This document shows positions 39,324-43,740 of a stretch of 43,740 nucleotides of DNA, piece after piece. Where the stretch lies: positions 1-43,740 of the forward strand of contig CALSSJ010000035.1 of assembly GCA_943788985.1 (NCBI GenBank), in the 5' to 3' direction. Within the stretch, counting starts at the first letter, position 1, and each line of letters opens with the position of its first letter. The notes beneath the pieces are model-generated. The model did no database searches. It worked only from the letters and a program-made list of their open reading frames with translations, and was not told the DNA's origin. The translations under genes were made by a program, and so were the position numbers. Source of the stretch: an uncultured Lentisphaerales bacterium. GTDB taxonomy: Bacteria > Verrucomicrobiota > Lentisphaeria > JABSQK01 > UBA12247.

Positions 39324-40850
39324 CTACAGCTCTTTGAGACGTTTCTCGAGTTGTGCGGCGTGCAGATCGACGGGGCGCAAGTTGCTCTGGCGGGATGGCC
39401 TCGAACCACTTGCGATCTTGGCTGATATTGGTCGGTGAACTGGTGGTCACACCAATGATGTTCATGGAATTGGGGCCAAACTTCGCAGGCGGCCATTCGA
39501 GCTCTTGCTCCGCCCGAATGCCCCAGAACGTTTCGCGGGCCCCGCTGTGCTTACCAAGTTGGGCGCCGCCACCGCAACGCCAGACCTGGGAACCGCTCCC
39601 GACGTCAATGTTGCTGAAGAGATTCTCGTAGGGCGCTCGCTTGTGATGGTCGAACGAGAGATTACTCCCCTTGCCATTCTTGACCACGTTGCCAGCCATG
39701 AGGTTGGTCATGGTGATGTCATGGATGAATTTCGCTTGAATGTCGAAGTTCTCCAGCAGGCAATCCTGGCCCATTGTCACGCCATGATGACCGGTGTCCC
39801 CATTCATGGGCTTGCCGCGTGCCGTCGATGCGCAGGCCGTCCATCGTGCAGTGCTGGCCGCTGAAAAATACGCCGCTGTCGCAGTTTGAGATGCGAACGT
39901 CGCGAATCCAGCAGTCAGAGACTCCATTCATGGCGATCGCGTTCATGCCCAGTTCGCTGAAATGTCCGTTGTACGGCTTGGCTGGAAATGAGATTGCCAG
40001 GCTCTCGATGCCAGATTCTGTGACGCTCGCTTGGGAGGTCGTCAAGCGCGGCTTCCACGCCTGGCGCACGTCCCAGCGCGCCGGCCGGTCCGAGGGTGAT
40101 ACGATTGGCTTCGACAGCCACGACTCGGCAGATCATGTCTACGGACACGGGGCGGGTGATCTCGTCAGTGTCACCGGAGTCTTCTGAATAGAGATGTGAA
40201 AGCAGAGTTTTCTGCGCGTCATCGGTCATGCGCAGCGCGACTCTCTGGCCCAGCTCGATGCCGGCTGCGCTCTCGAGCACAAATTGCCTGCCGCCACGGG
40301 CGGACTCGGAGACAATCGCAGATAGCGGCTTGGATTTTTCCTGGCCTTTCAGCCACAGGAATCCGCCAGACCACGAGTAGTTGGACGTAGCTTTCCCGCT
40401 GGTGGTCGCGCCCATGTTCGGGCGGACGTCCTCCAGTTCAGTTGTGATCTGTAGGACTGTGGCGTTGCTGCCTTCACCGCGCAGGACTAGGTTGGGCTTC
40501 TTCAGCCAAAGGATGTCACTGATGACGTAGTGGCCTGCAGGAATGAGGATAGCGCCCTGCTCGGTCTGGGCGATTGCCTGCTTGAATGCCTCGGTATCGT
40601 CGGTCTGGCCATCGCCCTGGGCGCCGAAGTCCTTTACGTTGGCGGTCACCGGATACACCGGAAGGGGAACTTCCCCGAAATGATAGCCAGCGTACGAGAA
40701 GTCCGGCAGGCGGCTGGCAGGCGACCATGCTTCGCCGGCAGTTCCCCAAAGTTGCGAGTGGGGCGTGTCCTGTGCTGCGGCAGGGCTGATGAGTGAATTA
40801 ATCGTAAATAGGAGGACGATTGCCGGTAATTGGGTGCGGGAGGGCAGCAT
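39324..40850 (-). CDS. Secreted right-handed beta-helix polysaccharide-active enzyme (Pectate_lyase_3/GH55-like), frameshifted
   Basis: Signal peptide, RLPDFSYAGY, NVKDFGAQGDGQTDDTEAF, VLRGEG, GHHG, DHH..PYENLF over several frames. Confidence 0.75.
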
Positions 40851-40971
40851 GGTTACATAGGTCCTTGGTGCGACGCGGGCGTTACACGACAACGTGGAGG
40901 TTGAGTTATGCACCGCCGTCATAAGGTAAACTATGTCCGTACGCGGCAAGTGCTAACTGATAGGTGCAGAT

Positions 40972-42787
40972 TTGATGAATAACGATATTCGCCCCAATGT
41001 TGTTTTTGTGCTGACGGATGATCAGGGACCGGGGGATTTGGGCTGTGGCGGTAATCCCGTGGTCGAAACTCCCAATATCGACGCGTTTCACGCGGAAGCA
41101 GTACGGCTGACCAACTTCCATGTCGGGCCGACCTGTGCGCCGACTCGATCGGGGCTGATCACTGGTCATTACGCTAATTCCACGGGGCGTCTGGCATACG
41201 ATTGGCGGTCGCTCGCTGCTGCGCGGCAATGAGGTGACTCTGGCCACTGTCTTTGCCGATAACGGCTACGCCACGGGGCTGTTCGGCAAGTGGCACCTGG
41301 GGGATAATTACCCGTATCGACCGCAGGACCGTGGCTTTCAGGAGACCGTCACGCACGGTGGCGGTGGCATATCGCAGATGCCTGACTATTGGCAGAACGA
41401 CTACTTTCGACGACGTCTACTCGGTGAATGGCGAGCCCAAGCGGTTCGAGGGCTATTGCACGGATGTCTGGTTTCGCGAAGGAATGGACTTCATTGAGCG
41501 ACATGCCGCTGAGCCGTTTCTGTGTTTCATCACGCCCAATGCGCCACATGCGCCCTTACAATGTGGAGCCAGCGTACAGCGATCGCTACAAAGGCCGCGC
41601 CTGCAATCCGGCGCGCGAGCGCTTCTATGGCATGATCACCAATATCGACGAGAATTTTGGCGCGCTTACGCAGAAGCTGGATGAGCTCGGGATTGCCGGA
41701 CAACACGATCGTGATTTTCATGACCGACAACGGCAGTGGCGGCGGTGTTGCTGGCGATGCAGACCATTTTGTGGTGAGCGGCTATAAACGACGGCCTGCG
41801 TGGCGCCAAAGGATCGCCCTACGATGGTGGGCACCGGGTGCCGTTCTTTATACGCTGGGGCAATGGGCAATCTGGGTTGAACCACAGGATATCGACACGC
41901 TCACCGCATTCGTGGATTTCATGCCGACGATGATGGATGTATGCGGGATCGGACGTGGCGGACTACGAGCAGCTAAACTTCCACGGGCAAAGCCTGAAGC
42001 CGTTGCTGACTGAGATGAGTCCTGAATGGCCACGGCGCGCGATCACCACCGACTCACAGCGGTTGACCAACCCTGTGAAAATGGCGCCAGTCCGCGGTGA
42101 TGACGCAACAGTGGCGGCTGATTAATGGCAAAGAGCTGTACGATGCAACAAGTGACCGTGAGCAGCGCCATGATATTGCGGCGCAGCATCCGGACGTGGT
42201 GGCGACATTACGGAATGATTATGAAGCTTGGTGGGCGTTGGTAAGCGAGCAATTCGACGATTCTATTCCAATCTCGATTGGTGCGGATCAGGAAGAAGAG
42301 GCTTGCCTGCGGGCCCATGATTGGCGGGCATCCGGATAATCCGAAGCACACGGACCCTGATGTGGTGGAGGACAACAGTTATCTGGTGTTTCAGCAGGGC
42401 CAGATCCGAATGGGAGTCGGCAGAAATGGCTATCTCGAAGTCATGGTGGAGCAATCGGCCCGCTACGAGATTGAGCTTCGGCGCTGGCCGAAGGAGGAGG
42501 ACCGAGCGATTGTGGACGGCATCGAGGAGTCAGACGAAGGATGGCGATCGGACATCATCGTAGATCGACAGTTCTACTACACTGGCGGTAAGGCGCTGCC
42601 GTTTACCCAGGCCACACTTACGATCGGGGACCAGGCGTGGACCAAGCCGGTCGGACCGAAAGACAAGGGAATTGTCTTCATCGTGAATTTGAGCCAAGGC
42701 GAGACGAGACTTGTGAGCAGCTTCAGCAATGGCGCTAATCTGAGCCGTGGTGCCTATTATGTTTATGTCAGAAAGGCTGAGCGCTAA
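40972..42787 (+). CDS. Arylsulfatase (formylglycine-dependent), multiple frameshifts
   Basis: [23 protein letters not shown] (CxPxR), [23 protein letters not shown]. Confidence 0.85.
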
Positions 42788-42895
42788 GGCTGGTAGCTTG
42801 AGGTTGGAAAGTGTAAGAGGGGAAAAGTTGGACCGCGAAAGCGAGAAAGGTGAGAGATTTAAGCTGTGTTCCAGCTGTCGGTTGGGACCACAGCA

Positions 42896-43161
42896 AGTGC
42901 TCATTCGAAAAGCCACCAGTCGGCTTGAACGGGGGTTGATAGTACATTCCGTAGTAGGCCGATTGGTTCGAATTAGGTGAAGCATGGACCGCTTGCCAGA
43001 AAATTAGGTAAGCATCCTAGGGGGAGGTGTTGTGAGGATGCGCTACCCTCGGCTTTCAGCTGAACGCTGTTCGCAGGAGCGGTCAGGCAGCCAAGCGTTC
43101 TCGCTGCTGGGCCTCCTCGTCGGCGCGACGTAGCTGCGCGGCGCGCACCAGATTGCAGGCC
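42896..43161 (-). mobile_element. Diverged remnant of the same IS end as 6213-6480
   Basis: Shares AGTGCTCATTCGAAAAGCCACC and the transposase tail (NLVRAAQLRRADEE..QRERLAA-stop at 43083). Confidence 0.7.
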
Positions 43162-43740
43162 GCTCAATGTCATGGAGTCATGAAAGCGATTCTGTGAGTC
43201 CTGGTCGTTGACGGAGTTAAATGCACCGCCCAGCAGCAGGAAGACAAGGAATACTACTGCTGGCGTTCGGGGCCTGCCGTGATCTAGCGACTTCGCTACT
43301 CGTTCTTGGTGCATGCGCACCGGTGGCGAGATTTGGACATCCAGCGCATCGGATAGCATCTGGCCGCGGCTCTAATCATGCGCCTCCTGGGCGGCTCGCA
43401 GCCGTTTTTCTTTCAATGCGTGCTTGTCGAGATGCGCCCCCACGGCTTGCAGGATTTGGTTCGCACTGTTCCATAGGTCCAGTGCTGAGCGTTCGACAAC
43501 GGCCATATTAGCCAAGGATTGGGTGAGAAACAGATTGCCAGATGAATGGCCCTTGCTACCTTTAGTAGTGCGATTTCCTACATCGATTTTTGTAATTTAG
43601 GCATAGGTAATGTAGGTGGACGTGACGCTTTTTAAATTGAATTCACGTCTTGTGCGGAAGTGATTTAGTCAGGATATATCTTTCCTATCGAGCACTCGTA
43701 GCTGAAGATAAATTTTTTTTACCACGGTATACTGATAATG

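Noticed and set aside
43500..43740. AT-rich end containing TTTCCTATC as another ori end or a promoter
   Set aside because: Only 9 nt match the ori core, and no downstream gene is visible to anchor a promoter call.

Overview
A GC-rich bacterial window, probably from a PVC-group organism (inferred from the sulfatase, an H-X9-DG-like remnant and a C-terminal GTVIRFR motif). It carries many single-base frameshifts that look like long-read errors. It holds surface-polysaccharide genes (GT2s, CDP/dTDP-sugar enzymes, flippase, an ACP-VOC-methyltransferase-FkbH-MBOAT acylation module), gltX, a decayed tRNA-Ala island with a truncated type I hsdR, and many transposase and restriction-modification fragments. 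The main feature is a 2.6-2.8 kb cassette present twice (7959-10784 and 29684-32289), each copy bounded by the same 56-bp IS91/ISCR-type ori end. It encodes a secreted DUF1566/Lcl (C-type-lectin-fold) protein, a MutS-domain-I-like ORF joined by deletion to the C-terminal end of a DGR-type reverse transcriptase, and a secreted Trp-repeat protein. The copies are nearly identical except at the 3' end of the DUF1566 gene, where they differ mostly at codon positions 1-2 of NNC/NNT codons, the pattern left by diversity-generating retroelement (DGR) mutagenesis. I found no template repeat or RT core in the window, and both copies share the same deletion. My interpretation is a non-autonomous DGR target cassette spread by rolling-circle transposition and diversified in trans.
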